Part shown: positions 30,461 to 41,819 of the stretch, piece by piece | How the letters are laid out: each line of letters opens with the position of its first letter | Position numbering within the stretch: position 1 is the stretch's first letter | Assembly: GCA_963825525.1 (NCBI GenBank) | Contig: CAWGTN010000002.1 | Location: 352,001 to 416,000 of the forward strand | DNA from: an uncultured Chloroflexia bacterium | GTDB lineage: Bacteria; Chloroflexota; Limnocylindria; QHBO01 | Direction of reading: 5' to 3' | DNA: 64,000 nt | Made by a program: the position numbers and the translations under genes | Notes under the pieces: generated by a model | What the model saw: the letters and a program-made list of their open reading frames with translations, nothing else | Databases searched by the model: none | Told to the model about the DNA's origin: nothing

Positions 30461-30537
30461 TGGTGGGCGACACTGGACTCGAACCAGTGACCTCTTGCAT
30501 GTCAAGCAAGTGCTCTAACCAGCTGAGCTAGCCGCCC
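30461..30537 (-). tRNA. tRNA-Val(GAC)
   Basis: GGGCGGCTAGCTCAGCTGGTTAGAGCA-CTTGC-TTGACAT-GCAAG...GGTTCGAGTCC...CCCACCA. Confidence 0.97.
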
Positions 30538-30630
30538 GCGCAGATGCGCTCAAAGAGCCGAAACCGATCCTAGCAGAATCGCATTTCGGGCACGAATCTA
30601 GAATCCGCCTTCGTCCGACGACGTCTCCCC

Positions 30631-31131
30631 TCAGAGCCCCTGTCGCGACCTGCGCCGCCACATTGCCAGCGTCAACGCTCCGGCCAGCGCGGCAAGCCCG
30701 ATGACGAACGTCTGCGAACCGTTACTTGGCGGGACGGCGGTGTCGGGTTGCGCCGAGGGCGTGGGACTGCCGACGGTGAATGTCACCTCGCCCTCGACAG
30801 TATCGCCGTCCTCCGCCACCACCGCGTAGGCCACGGTGTACGTTCCGGCCGCTGTGGCGGTGACATCGGCGCGAAGCACGTTGCGCTCGGCAACATCCAG
30901 GTCCAGGGAGCCCGTGCCGACGGTCGCGCCCGTCGCATCGGTCACGGTGAAGGCCGATTCGGCCGACACCTCACCTTGGAACGTCAGCACCACCTCCGAT
31001 GGAGGTGCATCGAGCTGGGCACCATCGGCCGGACTCGACTCCGCGAGCTCGGTGTGGGCGAGCGTCGCGGCCGGGACGCCAAACGCGAGCGCAAGGGCCA
31101 ACGAGGCTGGCAGGAATGAACGAAGACGCAT
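30631..31131 (-). CDS. copC: CopC copper-binding protein with C-terminal anchor
   Basis: Signal peptide then AH..L..SSPADG, GTYTV.Y..V.EDG; QPDTA + TM + RRRSR tail. Confidence 0.85.
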   Translation of the reverse strand: MRLRSFLPASLALALAFGVPAATLAHTELAESSPADGAQLDAPPSEVVLTFQGEVSAESAFTVTDATGATVGTGSLDLDVAERNVLRADVTATAAGTYTVAYAVVAEDGDTVEGEVTFTVGSPTPSAQPDTAVPPSNGSQTFVIGLAALAGALTLAMWRRRSRQGL

Positions 31132-31203
31132 CGGCAAACAGGACCTTCGAGAGCGGGTGTCCCGTTCAGCGTAGCGCGTGACCGTCCGACCGTCCGCGGA
31201 CGC

Positions 31204-31464
31204 TCAGCGCTCCCAGTCGCTCGCGTGCGGGATGGCCGATGCGAGCACGCGGGCGATCTCACCGCGGTAGCGAGCCCCCGACGGGTGACGCGCCAGCCAG
31301 TGGAGGTAGTCCGGATCGGCCTCGGCGAGCTCCTGGATCGTGCGACCGGCGTGATGTCCGAAGTCGATCCGCGTGACATCGAAGCTGGACCCATGGCCGG
31401 GCCCGACGGGCACGGAGGCATCGCCATCGATCTCGAATGCGCGGGGATCCTGTTGATCCGCCAT
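31204..31464 (-). CDS. Small protein with DUF3820-like motif
   Basis: IDFGHHAGRTIQELAEADPDYLHWL. Confidence 0.65.
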   Translation of the reverse strand: MADQQDPRAFEIDGDASVPVGPGHGSSFDVTRIDFGHHAGRTIQELAEADPDYLHWLARHPSGARYRGEIARVLASAIPHASDWER

Positions 31465-31539
31465 GGTGGCTCCGCAAGTGCTTGTTCGTGTGGCGAGCAT
31501 CCTATCCCGCGCGGTGACGGCCGGCAACACCTTTCGCTC

Positions 31540-33155
31540 TTACCGAATCGGGACGTCGCGACCCTCCACCAAGGTCAGCTCCGAGCGCACTTCGGCGAGC
31601 GGGGCGCCCGCTTCGAGAAGCAAGTCCAGGCCGGTCGTCAGCACGGCGAGGTCGGCTCTCGCCCCGACGCGGAGATGGCCCTCGTCCCCCGCTCCCAGCG
31701 CAGATGCCGGCCCGAGCGTGTACGCCCCCAGGGCCTCGGAGAACCGCATGGCCTGGTCCGGACGCCAATCCCCGCGCGCATCTCCCGGGAAGGAGCGATG
31801 CACGGCGGCGTACAGACCGAGCCATGGGTTGACCGACTCCACGGGCGCGTCCGAGCCTGCGGCCAGAACGGTGCCGTGGTCCAGCACTCGCCGCCAGGCA
31901 TAGGCATCGTCCGCGCGATCTGCCCAGTGCTCCTCAACGAGGTCACGATCGGCCGCCGCATGGATCGGCTGGATGCTGGCCACGACCCCCAGCTGCGACA
32001 GGCGGGCCGCATCTTCCGGTCGCACCAGCTGGACGTGCTCGAGCCGATCCCGTGGCGCATCGTCGACACGCGCCGGCGCATGCTCGAGGGCATCCAGCGC
32101 CACGGCCACCGCACGGTCGCCGATGGCGTGGAGCGCGAGGCCGATGCCCGCCGGTCGAGCCATGGCCGCGTCCGCCGCCAGCCGCTCCGGGCTGACCCGC
32201 AGGATGCCGGCGATCGCCATCCGGCGTGAAGAGCGCGGCGGTTCCCGAGCCCAGCGCGCCATCGGTGTAGTGCTTGGCCCAGCCGATGCGCATCGTGCGG
32301 CGGTCGACGATGGGCGTGCCGGTCCGCAGGCCGCGCGCGATCGCGGCGGGAATGGCATCGGCGGGAATCCCGATCGACAGGCGCAGGCGGCCATCGATGA
32401 GGTCGCCCAGGTCCGAAAGGGTGGACGCGGAGTCACCGAGGTCCGCATCGGCGCCGATGCCATTGCGGTCGGTGTAATCCCCCGCCTCCGATGCGCCGGT
32501 GATCCCCAGGGAGGCAAGCTCGCGGAGCGTCCGATCCAGGGGGTCGCGCAGGGCGGTGCCCTGCAGACGGCTGACGAGCGGCGCCACGAGGTCCATGGCT
32601 CGCTCGCGCAGGATGCCATTCGGCTCGCCATGCTCGTCGCGCTCGAGGCGCCCACCGTCCGGGTCGGGCGTCCCGCCGCGGATCCCCGCCATCGCAAGAG
32701 CGGCGCGCGACGCCCACGCCGAGTGCCCATCGTGACTCATGAGGTAGGCCGGCCGGCCATCCACGGCCTCGTCCAGGCGGGAGGACATGCCGGCCAGCTG
32801 CGCCTCGCTCCAGCCGCGCCCGCGCACCCAGGCATCCGGGGCCAGCTCCTCCGCGGAGGCACGCAGGCGGGCAACAACGGCAGCGCCGTCGGGGGCGTCG
32901 TTGAACGTGACGGCCAGGGTGGATCGAGCCAGGTCCACGAGGTGAATGTGGAAGTCGTGGAGGCCGGGAATGACCGCCGAGTCGCGAACGTCGATGAGCC
33001 GCGCACCGGGCGGAACCGCCACCTCGTCGCGGCGGCCGGCCTCGATCACGCGGCCATCGGCAATGGCGATGGCCTCCGCCGTCTCGAGGCCCTCGGCGTT
33101 GGCTGCCGAGCACGATCTGTCCGCGAATGACGATCTCCGCCCGGGGCGAGCTCAT
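31540..33155 (-). CDS. Amidohydrolase family 3 (YtcJ-like), frameshifted near 33105 and 32220
   Basis: PGLHDFHIH, DGHSAW, DGALGS, HAIGD, RLEHVQ, GSDAP across three frames. Confidence 0.88.
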
Positions 33156-34482
33156 GCGTCCGGGCGGCGAGGCGCGCGACGCGTCTGGACGAAACCGGCG
33201 GGCTCGGGCCCGAAGCGCGATGCGGACCAGCGCCGCCGGCACCACCACCAGCCAATGGCTCAGGAAGAGGGCGCCACGCGTTGCACCGCCAACCAGCGGC
33301 AGCCCACGCCGTCCCGCGGCCGCGAGGCCACCCAGGCCCAGCAGGAACACCCCGAAGCCGTAGCCGATGAACAGGGTCACCGGGACCGTCCAATCGACTG
33401 GTCGGGGCATCGGGATGGTGACGAGGGAGGCCACGATGGTGGCCACGAACAGCGGCGGAATGAGGAATTCGCCGGTGAACGCCAGGAAATCGGCCTTGCG
33501 ACTGAGCGGCTGCGACCCGGCCAGCAGACCGGGACCATGCTCGAGGAGACGCCGCAGACTGCCCTCCGCCCAGCGCAGCCGCTGACGCCACAGCGCATCC
33601 AGCGTCTCGACCGCCTCCTCCCCCACCTCGGCCTCGGGCCCCAGGGTCACGTGTCGCCCATAGGCCGACAGGCGTGTCGACAGCTCCAGGTCCTCGGTCA
33701 AGGACCGCTCGCTCCATCCGCCCACCGCCTCGAGTGCCTCGCGCCGCACGAACATCCCGTTGCCGCGCAGCTCCGCGGTGCCATCGGTCACCCAGCGACC
33801 GCATTGGCTGGCCATGTCCATGAGCTGCTCCTCGGCCTGCGCCCGCGGTCAGCCACGAATGGTCCGCGTTGCGGGGTCGTCGCGCCACCTGCAGCGCATC
33901 GGCTCGCGGGTCACGGGTCCAGGCGCGCATGACGCGTTCGAGAAATGACGGATCGACCCGCGTATCGGCGTCGATGATGCCGATGACGTCGCCCGACACG
34001 TACGGCATGGCAAAGGCCAGGACCGCGCCCTTGGTGGCGCGGCCCGATCCAGGCTCGCGGCGGCGAACGCTGACGCTCGCCCCATCCTGCACGGCCGAGC
34101 GCGCGGCCTCGCCGGTCGCGTCGTCGGAACCATCGTCGACGACCAGGACCTCGAACGCCGGCGTCCCCTCCCGGTGATAGCGAATGGCGGAGAGCGAACG
34201 GACGGTGTCGTCGATGACCTCCTGCTCGTTGCGGGCCGGGACGATGAGCGAGACGAATGGGAGGTCGTTCGCGAGGCCCGTCGGCTCGCTTGCGCCGCTT
34301 CTGGCGTCGAGCAGCGAGCGTCGCATCACGCGGCTGCCGCGCCAGGCCAGCCACGCGACATAGGCCATCGAGACGCCGATCGCGAGCTGGAGGGTTCGGG
34401 CGGCGAACGGGATCGTGATGGTCACCCACGCCACGAGGATCGAAGCGAGGAGGAAGGCGGCGGCGAAGAGCCTAGTCGCCAT
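33152..34482 (-). CDS. Glycosyltransferase family 2, frameshifted near 33845 and 33200
   Basis: PARNE, DDGSDD, DAD, LRGNG, LTEDL, QRLRWAEG. Confidence 0.85.
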
Positions 34483-35987
34483 CGGCAGCCGGCCGCCGGC
34501 GGCGCCTCCGTCGGTGCGGTGGCTCGGGCGCGGGCTGCGCGGCCGGAGCGCCGGGCGCCGGCGCGTCGTCGACGGCGCTGCCCGGGTCATCGCCCTGGTC
34601 ATGGTCGTGGAGTCCCGCCCGGCTGTTGCGTCGCCACGAGGCGATGCCAGCCGCCAGCGCCCCGAGGCCAAGGACCGCCATGACCACCGGAATGCCGGCG
34701 CCGGGGAAGGCCAGGTTGATGACGTCGGCCGAAGCCGGCGCCAGGATCACCGGCAGGAACGAAGCCAGCGACAGCAGGGTATTGAGAATCCCGAAGATCC
34801 GACCCCGCACCTCGCTCGGCAGCTCCTCCTGGAGCGCGGTCTGCGACGGGATGGCGACGAACGCGTACTCCAGGCCGGCGAAGACCGCGATCACCACGAC
34901 GACCGCGATGAGGCTGATGAACGGCGAGATGGACGGAATGGCGTCCTCGAGGGGCGAGAAGGCCGGGCCGAAGACCGCGGTGATGGGCCGAACGAGGGCC
35001 AGCGCGACGAGCGTCACGCCCATCGCCACCAGGCCGACGTCGATCACCAGCCGCTTCGGCAATCCCTTGCCGTACGAGTTCAGGAACAGGATGCCCACCA
35101 CGGCGCCCAGGCCGGCCGGACCCATGATGAAGAAGAAGTCCTCAGCCCGAAGCAGGAGGATGTCGGTCGCAAAGCCGGGTCCGATGGCGCCCAGCACGCC
35201 GATGAGGCTGGCTGCCACGCCGAGGTAGGTCAGGCTCCAGGCGATCCGCCGGTTGGCGCGGATGAAGCCGATGCCCTCCGACAGCTGGCCCATGAGCTCA
35301 CGGACCGCGCGACCGGCGGCATCGCCGACAGCCGGCGCCTCGTGATCCGGACGGACGGACGGCAGACGGCGTGATGGCCGCTGCCGACAGGGCGAACATG
35401 ATCGCCACGATGATGTAGACAGCGGTCGAGCCCAGCACGTTGAGAACGAGCGGTCCCAGGACGCCGAACCCCAGGGCGAAGGTGGCATTGACCGTGACGA
35501 TGAAGAACGAGTTCGCGGCCATCAGATGCCGACGATCCACGATCCGCGGGATCGAAGTGAGCTCGGCCGGCGCGAAGACTGCGGTTGCCGTGGCCACCAC
35601 GAAGTTCACGAGATAGACGAGCGGCACGATGGCGGTGGAAGTCGTCGGCGCGACGAAGATGAACAGGATGACGCCGACCGCCCGGACCACGTTCGTGGTC
35701 AGCATGATGACCTTCGCGTCGCCACGCTCGACCAGCACTCCGCCGAGCGTGCTGAACAGGACGGCCGGCACGAGGAACGTCAGGATGAGCACCGCATTCG
35801 CCGTGTTCGACTGGCCCGTGCTCTCGAACACGGTGACCATGAGGGCGGCCAGCACCATGTTGCTCGCCAGCTGGCTCAACGCCTGGGCCGACCACAGATA
35901 GACGAACGCGCGGTTCTTGAAGACCGATCCCGTCCCCGTCAGATCCTGCGTACCTGCAGCGTCGGGTGGCAGCTCGATGTGCGCCAT
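34472..35987 (-). CDS. MFS transporter, frameshift near 35360
   Basis: F..LWSAQALSQ, FAPAE, QTALQE..RGRIFG; about 12 TM over two frames. Confidence 0.88.
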
Positions 35988-35991
35988 CGAA

Positions 35992-36204
35992 CTAGGACTC
36001 CTCGGGGCCGCGTGCCAGGTAGCCGGTGAATCGTCGCTCCACCTCCAGGCGGTCCATGAGAATGCGATGGCCGCAGCCTGCGCACACGAGGCCGATGTCG
36101 GCGCCGAGTCTCACGACTTCCCAGTCATGGCTGCCGCACGGATGCGGCTTGCGAAGTCGCAGCTGATCACCGATGCGCAGGTCGAGGGGACCGGCCACGA
36201 TCAC
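35992..36204 (-). CDS. DUF951 family protein
   Basis: LRKPHPCGS..WEVVRLGADI...C.GCG..I. Confidence 0.9.
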   Translation of the reverse strand: MIVAGPLDLRIGDQLRLRKPHPCGSHDWEVVRLGADIGLVCAGCGHRILMDRLEVERRFTGYLARGPEES

Positions 36205-37565
36205 TCGCCACCCTCCCCGGACGTGACCCCGGTGAAGTTGAACGACCCCAGGTGCGCGGCCGGCACGCGATACGTGCCGAGGAACTCGCCCGGCAGCAGC
36301 ATCGTGCTCGCGCCGAGCGCGCGGACGTCGCTGAATGCCTCGGGGATCGACTGGGTGAATCGGAAATTCATGAGTGGCCGGGTGATCCGACCATCCTCGA
36401 TCAGGAACGTCCCATCCTTGGTCATGCCGGTCAGGATCGCCTTCTTCGGATGCACGACGTTGATGTAGTGGAAGCGCGTGACCCACACGCCGCGCTTGAC
36501 GCCGGCGATGAGCTCGGCGCGTGGCGTCTCACCCGGGGCCATGAAGACATTGAACGGCATTGGGCCGTACAGGCTGGGTGCCGGCAGCGCATGGCCGGTG
36601 GAACCGGTACCCGCACGGGAGCCCGTGGCCGCATCGTGGACCACGGCGTTGGCGATCCCTTCGTCGATGAGCTGGACCCGCTGTCGGGCCATGCCCTCGA
36701 AGTCGATCGCCGACGGGATGCCGGTCGGATCGGCGCCGTCGTCCCAGATGCTCACGCGCTCGCTCATGAGCCGCTGGCCGAGGTCCATGAAGGACCGCCC
36801 CTCCTCGAGCGCCAGGCCCGAGAAGCCGATGTAGGCCAGGTACTCGAGAAGGCCGGCGACGGCATGCTCCTCGAGGATCACCTCGTACTCGCCCGGATCC
36901 AGGGGGCCGGCGCCGCGCATCGTGTCGCCCTTGGTTGCGGCGTCCTTCCCGATCGCCTCGGCGTCGATCTCGCCCAGGTCGGTGGCTCCGGCATGCGCGT
37001 AGCCCGAGGCCGCTCCGGCCCCGTAGCCGTCCATCATCACCGTCAGCAGCTTGGCTCGCGTGGCGCGGTGGCGCGCCCGAACCCCGTGGGAGTTCGCGAC
37101 CGCGACCGTCCCGACGCCGGTCGAGAACGAGCCAGATGTCTGGAGTCCCTTCGCCTCGCCGGCAGCGATCACGGCCCTTGCGCCCTCGGCTCGCCTGTCA
37201 GGCGACGCATCGGCCGTGGCCTGCACGAACCCGAGGTCCGGGTCATGTTCCCGACCGTCCGGCTCGGGCATGATCGCGGCGCGCGGGTTGGGTTCCGATC
37301 GCTGGGCAATCGCGGTCGCGCGCTCCACGACCTCCCGGATCCCGGCGTCGTCGAGCCGATTGGTGCCGGCCACCCCGATGCGCTGCTGGTCGATGACCCG
37401 CACCTGGAGCGCCGCGTCGTGCTCCCGCACGTTCTGGTGGATCTGGTTGTTCGCGAAGCGGGTGAGCGCCGAGTCCTCCGCCATGTAGAGCGCTTCGGTG
37501 GCTTCGGCGCTCGAGGCGGCAAGGGCCAGGTCCAGGATCTCGTCGACCCGATCGGCGGCTACCAC
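36201..37565 (-). CDS. TldE/PmbA family protein
   Basis: LTRFANNQIHQN, DFEG, STGHA, TGMTKDG; no HExxxH. Confidence 0.88.
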   Translation of the reverse strand: MVAADRVDEILDLALAASSAEATEALYMAEDSALTRFANNQIHQNVREHDAALQVRVIDQQRIGVAGTNRLDDAGIREVVERATAIAQRSEPNPRAAIMPEPDGREHDPDLGFVQATADASPDRRAEGARAVIAAGEAKGLQTSGSFSTGVGTVAVANSHGVRARHRATRAKLLTVMMDGYGAGAASGYAHAGATDLGEIDAEAIGKDAATKGDTMRGAGPLDPGEYEVILEEHAVAGLLEYLAYIGFSGLALEEGRSFMDLGQRLMSERVSIWDDGADPTGIPSAIDFEGMARQRVQLIDEGIANAVVHDAATGSRAGTGSTGHALPAPSLYGPMPFNVFMAPGETPRAELIAGVKRGVWVTRFHYINVVHPKKAILTGMTKDGTFLIEDGRITRPLMNFRFTQSIPEAFSDVRALGASTMLLPGEFLGTYRVPAAHLGSFNFTGVTSGEGGE

Positions 37566-39007
37566 CGACCCACCCCCACCTGCACGTTGCGGAATCTCGC
37601 AGGGGCCGCCCCGTGACCGACGTGCCCGGTCTGCATCGGCTCGCCCTTGCCGCAGTTCGGCAGGCCCCACAGCGTCCATTCGTCTGCGCCGCAGATGGCG
37701 TCGCAGCTGCCCCAGAAGCGGGGGGTGATGCCGGTGTAGGTCGGGTTCTTCACGAGCTGGGTGCGCTTTCCATTCTTGATGATCCAGCCGGCCTGGTCGC
37801 CGAACTGGAAGTTCAGCCGTCGATCGTCGATCGACCAGCTCTTGTTGACGCTCATGTAGATGCCGTCACGGGTATCGGCGATGAGGTCCTCGAGAGACCC
37901 GGCGTTGCCCGGGCGAAGGTTGATGTTCGTCATGCGGATCAGCGGGATCTGGCTCCAGGTCCACGCTCGGCTGCTGCCCATGCTCTGACGGCCGATGCGC
38001 GGCGCCGTCTCGCGGCTGGTCAGGTAGCCCACCAGGATGCCGTTCTCGATGAGTGGCACGTTCTGGGCCGGGACACCCTCGTCGTCGAATCCGAACGTGC
38101 CGAGACCGCCGGGGGCGGTGGCATCGGCGTCGATGTTCACGATCTCGCTGCCGTAGCGCAGGTTCCCGAGCTTGTCCGTGGTCAGGAAGCTCGTGCCCGC
38201 GAAGCTCGCCTCGGTTCCGAACACGCGGTCCAGCTCGGTCGGATGACCGCATGACTCGTGAATCTGGAGTGCGACCTGCGTGGAGTCGATGATGAGGTCC
38301 ATCTCGCCCGACGGGCACTGCGGAGCATCGAGCAGCGCGACCGCCAGCTCGGCCGTCTCCTGGGCGTGTTCGACGAGGTCAAGCGCACGCACGGCCTCGA
38401 AGCCACCGGTGACCACCTGGCCACCGAACGAGTTCGGGTAGCTTCGCTGCTGAACCTCGCTGTCATTGACCGCGGTCGCCTCGATGCCGCCGCCGGCCTC
38501 CACGATCTCCTGCTCGATCCGGGCGCCCGTGGAGGATGCGAACGTCTTGATCTCGCGACCGGCCACAACGCTCCCCTCACGGATCGCGATCCCCGGCACC
38601 CGACCCATGGCCGCATCGGCCTCCATGAGGATCTTCAGCTTGTCGTCGAGACTGACGGCGAAGGGGTCATCGGTGTACGGCGTCCGGTAGGTCGCGGTGA
38701 CGGGAGCCGTATCGTCGAGCTCGACAGGCTCCTTCTGGGCGGTCGCCGACGCGCGAGCGATTTCGACCGCCTCGGCGGCGATCCGATCCGCCTCCCCGGG
38801 TTCGAGATGGGCGCTGGAACTGAATCCCCAGGCGCCGTTGACGAGGACACGAATCCCGAAGCCGGCGCTCACGTTTGAGGTGGCCGCCTCGAGCGCACCG
38901 TTCTTCACCGTCAGCCCCTCGTTGCGGCGCTCGACGATCCGAATGTCGGCGTACTGGGCGCCAAGTCGGTCAGCCGTATCGAGGGCGCGGTCGATCAGAT
39001 CGTTCAC
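37559..39007 (-). CDS. tldD: TldD family metalloprotease
   Basis: GFGIRVL..GAWGF, HESCGHPTELD, RMTN, CGKGEP. Confidence 0.93.
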   Translation of the reverse strand: MNDLIDRALDTADRLGAQYADIRIVERRNEGLTVKNGALEAATSNVSAGFGIRVLVNGAWGFSSSAHLEPGEADRIAAEAVEIARASATAQKEPVELDDTAPVTATYRTPYTDDPFAVSLDDKLKILMEADAAMGRVPGIAIREGSVVAGREIKTFASSTGARIEQEIVEAGGGIEATAVNDSEVQQRSYPNSFGGQVVTGGFEAVRALDLVEHAQETAELAVALLDAPQCPSGEMDLIIDSTQVALQIHESCGHPTELDRVFGTEASFAGTSFLTTDKLGNLRYGSEIVNIDADATAPGGLGTFGFDDEGVPAQNVPLIENGILVGYLTSRETAPRIGRQSMGSSRAWTWSQIPLIRMTNINLRPGNAGSLEDLIADTRDGIYMSVNKSWSIDDRRLNFQFGDQAGWIIKNGKRTQLVKNPTYTGITPRFWGSCDAICGADEWTLWGLPNCGKGEPMQTGHVGHGAAPARFRNVQVGVGRW

Positions 39008-39043
39008 AGCAGTTCCATGCGGTTGGGTGGATGGCGGTACAGG

Positions 39044-39715
39044 CTACTCGACGGGCTGGGCGACCTGCGGGCTGAGATCGCGCAGGGTCCCCGGCACGCG
39101 CAGGTCGGTCCGTTCCTCGATCACGAAGACCGCGTCGATCGACTGCTGGAGGAGGGTCAGGATCCCGCCGGGACGCTCCATGGCGCTCTGCAGCCCCTGG
39201 GGTGAGCCGATTGCCCGGATCGTGAACGAGCGCCCGATGGGCACGCCGTCGATCTCGATGCTGCCGGGACCGAGCACGGCGACCGACCGGGCGGTGATCC
39301 GAACGTCGTCGATGGCGATCGCCTCCGCAGCGGCGTTGCGCAGCTCGTAGATGAGGTCGTTGACCGCCGTCGGGTCGAATGACCCGTCGACCCGCATCTC
39401 GATCCCCTGCCCGTCAACGGCCCGGAGCCCGGCGAAGGCGGCGAGGCGAGCCAGGTCCTCCTCGGTCAGCTCGCGAGCGGACTGGCCCTGCAGCTCGGCG
39501 CGCTCGTAGTCGCGGATCTGCTCGTTCAGGTTGGCAAGGCCATCGCGAAGCTCCACGTTGCGCCTTGACAGGGTGTCGATGAGGGTCGACAGCTCCTGCG
39601 CCGAAAGGCTGGAGAGCTCGATGGGCCGGGCCTGGGAGCGCAGCTGTCCGACCAGCAGGACGCCGATGACGAGGGCGACCGCGAACAGGCTGATCTGGGC
39701 CATTCGGGCGATCAT
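39044..39715 (-). CDS. DUF881 family protein
   Basis: TM, coiled coil, AG...V.G.GI, ELRNAAAEAIAI. Confidence 0.88.
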   Translation of the reverse strand: MIARMAQISLFAVALVIGVLLVGQLRSQARPIELSSLSAQELSTLIDTLSRRNVELRDGLANLNEQIRDYERAELQGQSARELTEEDLARLAAFAGLRAVDGQGIEMRVDGSFDPTAVNDLIYELRNAAAEAIAIDDVRITARSVAVLGPGSIEIDGVPIGRSFTIRAIGSPQGLQSAMERPGGILTLLQQSIDAVFVIEERTDLRVPGTLRDLSPQVAQPVE

Positions 39716-40497
39716 CAGTCGTCCCCGGTCACGGGCGCGCCCCAGCGCAGCCCCGTGCTGCCGACGAAGGCGGGAAGCTCAACGTTGTCGCGAGCCTGGC
39801 TCTCGAACTGAAGGCCGTAGGCCTCGATCCGCCGCGCAACTCGTACAAGGTAGGTGGGATGGGCGAGGAACCGCTCGTGGAGCCCCTCGGGCCCGATGGC
39901 CTCGATGCGGAACGGCGGCGACAGGAATGCCGTGTTCACCAGGATCGAGGACCCGACTCCATAGATGGACGTCGTGGACACCAGCCTCTCGGCCGGGATG
40001 CCCTCGGCGGCGCCGCCGGCGATCGTGATCGCCTCCGCTCCCGATGCCCACAGAGCCGTCACGAGGTCCCGAATGTCGTCGACCAGGACGATGTAGTTCG
40101 CGGGACTCTCCCCTTCGGGGACCGGCCGCGTGGAGTCGGCGATCTCGATCACGGCCCCAGGCCCGGCGACCGCGTCGAGGCCCGAAGCGAGGCGCGCCAC
40201 CGCGAGCGCATCAGTCAACGCCTTCAGCTCGCTCGCAGATCCCTCGCTTCGCTCCTGGAAATCGCGCACCCGCGACTCGGCCGCGGTGATGTCCTCGCGC
40301 AGGGCGTCCTGCTGCCGCCGGAGCTGCTCCGCCTCGGTGATGAGCACGCGTTGCGCGGAGGTCACGAACTCCTGGCGGGCAAACTGGCTGTTCCACTGGG
40401 CAGCACCCACGAACCCGATGGCGGCCAGCGCCACGGCAATGCTGATCGCCCATTGCGGTCGCGAGAAGCGACGCGGAGCCGGGTGTCGGCGCGTCAT
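39715..40497 (-). CDS. DUF881 family protein
   Basis: GPG...I.D, LWASGAEAI, PPF.IEAIG. Confidence 0.88.
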   Translation of the reverse strand: MTRRHPAPRRFSRPQWAISIAVALAAIGFVGAAQWNSQFARQEFVTSAQRVLITEAEQLRRQQDALREDITAAESRVRDFQERSEGSASELKALTDALAVARLASGLDAVAGPGAVIEIADSTRPVPEGESPANYIVLVDDIRDLVTALWASGAEAITIAGGAAEGIPAERLVSTTSIYGVGSSILVNTAFLSPPFRIEAIGPEGLHERFLAHPTYLVRVARRIEAYGLQFESQARDNVELPAFVGSTGLRWGAPVTGDD

Positions 40498-41819
40498 GAC
40501 GCGCGCCGTTCCGCCCGGCGGAGGACGAGAACGGCCGCCACGATGGCTGCAGCTGCCGCGATGACGAGGAGGACGAGGAGCAGCAGGGCGTCGCCCGCGG
40601 CGCCACCCGAATCCGTGCCGGGTGCCGCGTCGGGCGGAACCTCGGGACGTCCGTCGACCCCGCCGGGATCGACACTGCCGGCCGCCGGGCGGTCCACGTT
40701 CGACGCACCGATCGGGTCGGGGCTGACCGGTTGCGGCGCGTCAACCCCGAACTCGTCGAAGAACTCGGTGTACAGAGCATCGGCGCTGATGCCTGTGCCG
40801 GCCTCGAGAGCCTCGGCATCGCTCGCGCCATCCTGGAATGCGGCGGCGATGCGGGCGATTGCCTCACGGCCGTATCGGTCGACGATGAGGTCCACCATCG
40901 TGGTCCCCTGCGCGTAGGACAGCTGGCCGGCGCGGTCACCGATCGGGAACTGCTCGCTGATGGCATCGAACGAGAACAGACCGCCGCCACTCGCCTCGAA
41001 CTCGACGATGCCGCGCTGCTGACCCGCATCCTGGGACTCCGACCAGGTCGCGATTCCCTCGTTCAGCCAGCGGGCCGGTTCGTGGAACGCGTTATCGGTG
41101 GCGTCGGCGAAGACGATATGGGTGACCTCGTGGACCATCGCGACCTCGAGGTAGTCGTTCGAGCCGGCTCCGAGCCACATGAAGATCGTCCGCATCTCGG
41201 AGAAGGCGGCCGCCCCGGTCCACTCGCGGGCTCCGGGACCCAGCGCCTTGAAGAAGTCGTCACGCGACGCGTACACGAAGACGTCCACCGGCCCGGCCAG
41301 GCGGGTGCCGAGCAGATCCTCCGCCTGGGCAACGCCATCCGCCGTCAGCTCCCCGAAGCGTCGAGCCTGCGCCTCGGCATCTCCGTACCAGTGGACGGTG
41401 GCCTCCCCGAGCTGCGCTCGCTGCCACCCCAGGCTCTCGCGGTCGTCCTCGTAGCGAATGGTGGATGTCTCGCTCAGCTCAGCCGTTCCGTCGTCGGTTG
41501 TCGCCCGCCACCAGTACGTGATCAGGGTGTTGGGCGTCACGTAGTCGACCGACGTGTCCCACACGTAGGTCGCGGAGCTGCCGCTCGCCTCGACGGGAAG
41601 GACGACCGCGGTATCGCTGCCGGGGAACCGTGCCAGCAGCTCGAGCCGATCCGGCTCGCCGCCCTGGAGCTCCACGTCGAAGCGAATCTCGACCTCGTAC
41701 GTCGAATCGGCGCTCACCTCACCGAATCCGCTGAAGGCGGCCACGGGCGATGCGAGCACAAGGGTGGTCGCCGCCAGCGCGAGCACCGGAACGACAGCTC
41801 CTCGAATCAGCCGTCCCAT
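40494..41819 (-). CDS. Secreted, membrane-anchored zinc metallopeptidase (MA clan)
   Basis: HEVTH...PARWLNEG; signal peptide; C-terminal TM. Confidence 0.85.
   Translation of the reverse strand: MGRLIRGAVVPVLALAATTLVLASPVAAFSGFGEVSADSTYEVEIRFDVELQGGEPDRLELLARFPGSDTAVVLPVEASGSSATYVWDTSVDYVTPNTLITYWWRATTDDGTAELSETSTIRYEDDRESLGWQRAQLGEATVHWYGDAEAQARRFGELTADGVAQAEDLLGTRLAGPVDVFVYASRDDFFKALGPGAREWTGAAAFSEMRTIFMWLGAGSNDYLEVAMVHEVTHIVFADATDNAFHEPARWLNEGIATWSESQDAGQQRGIVEFEASGGGLFSFDAISEQFPIGDRAGQLSYAQGTTMVDLIVDRYGREAIARIAAAFQDGASDAEALEAGTGISADALYTEFFDEFGVDAPQPVSPDPIGASNVDRPAAGSVDPGGVDGRPEVPPDAAPGTDSGGAAGDALLLLVLLVIAAAAAIVAAVLVLRRAERRAS

Noticed and set aside
31540-35987. Programmed frameshifting or phase variation in the MFS, GT2 and amidohydrolase genes
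   Set aside because: No slippery heptamers or long homopolymer tracts; similar indels occur throughout the window.
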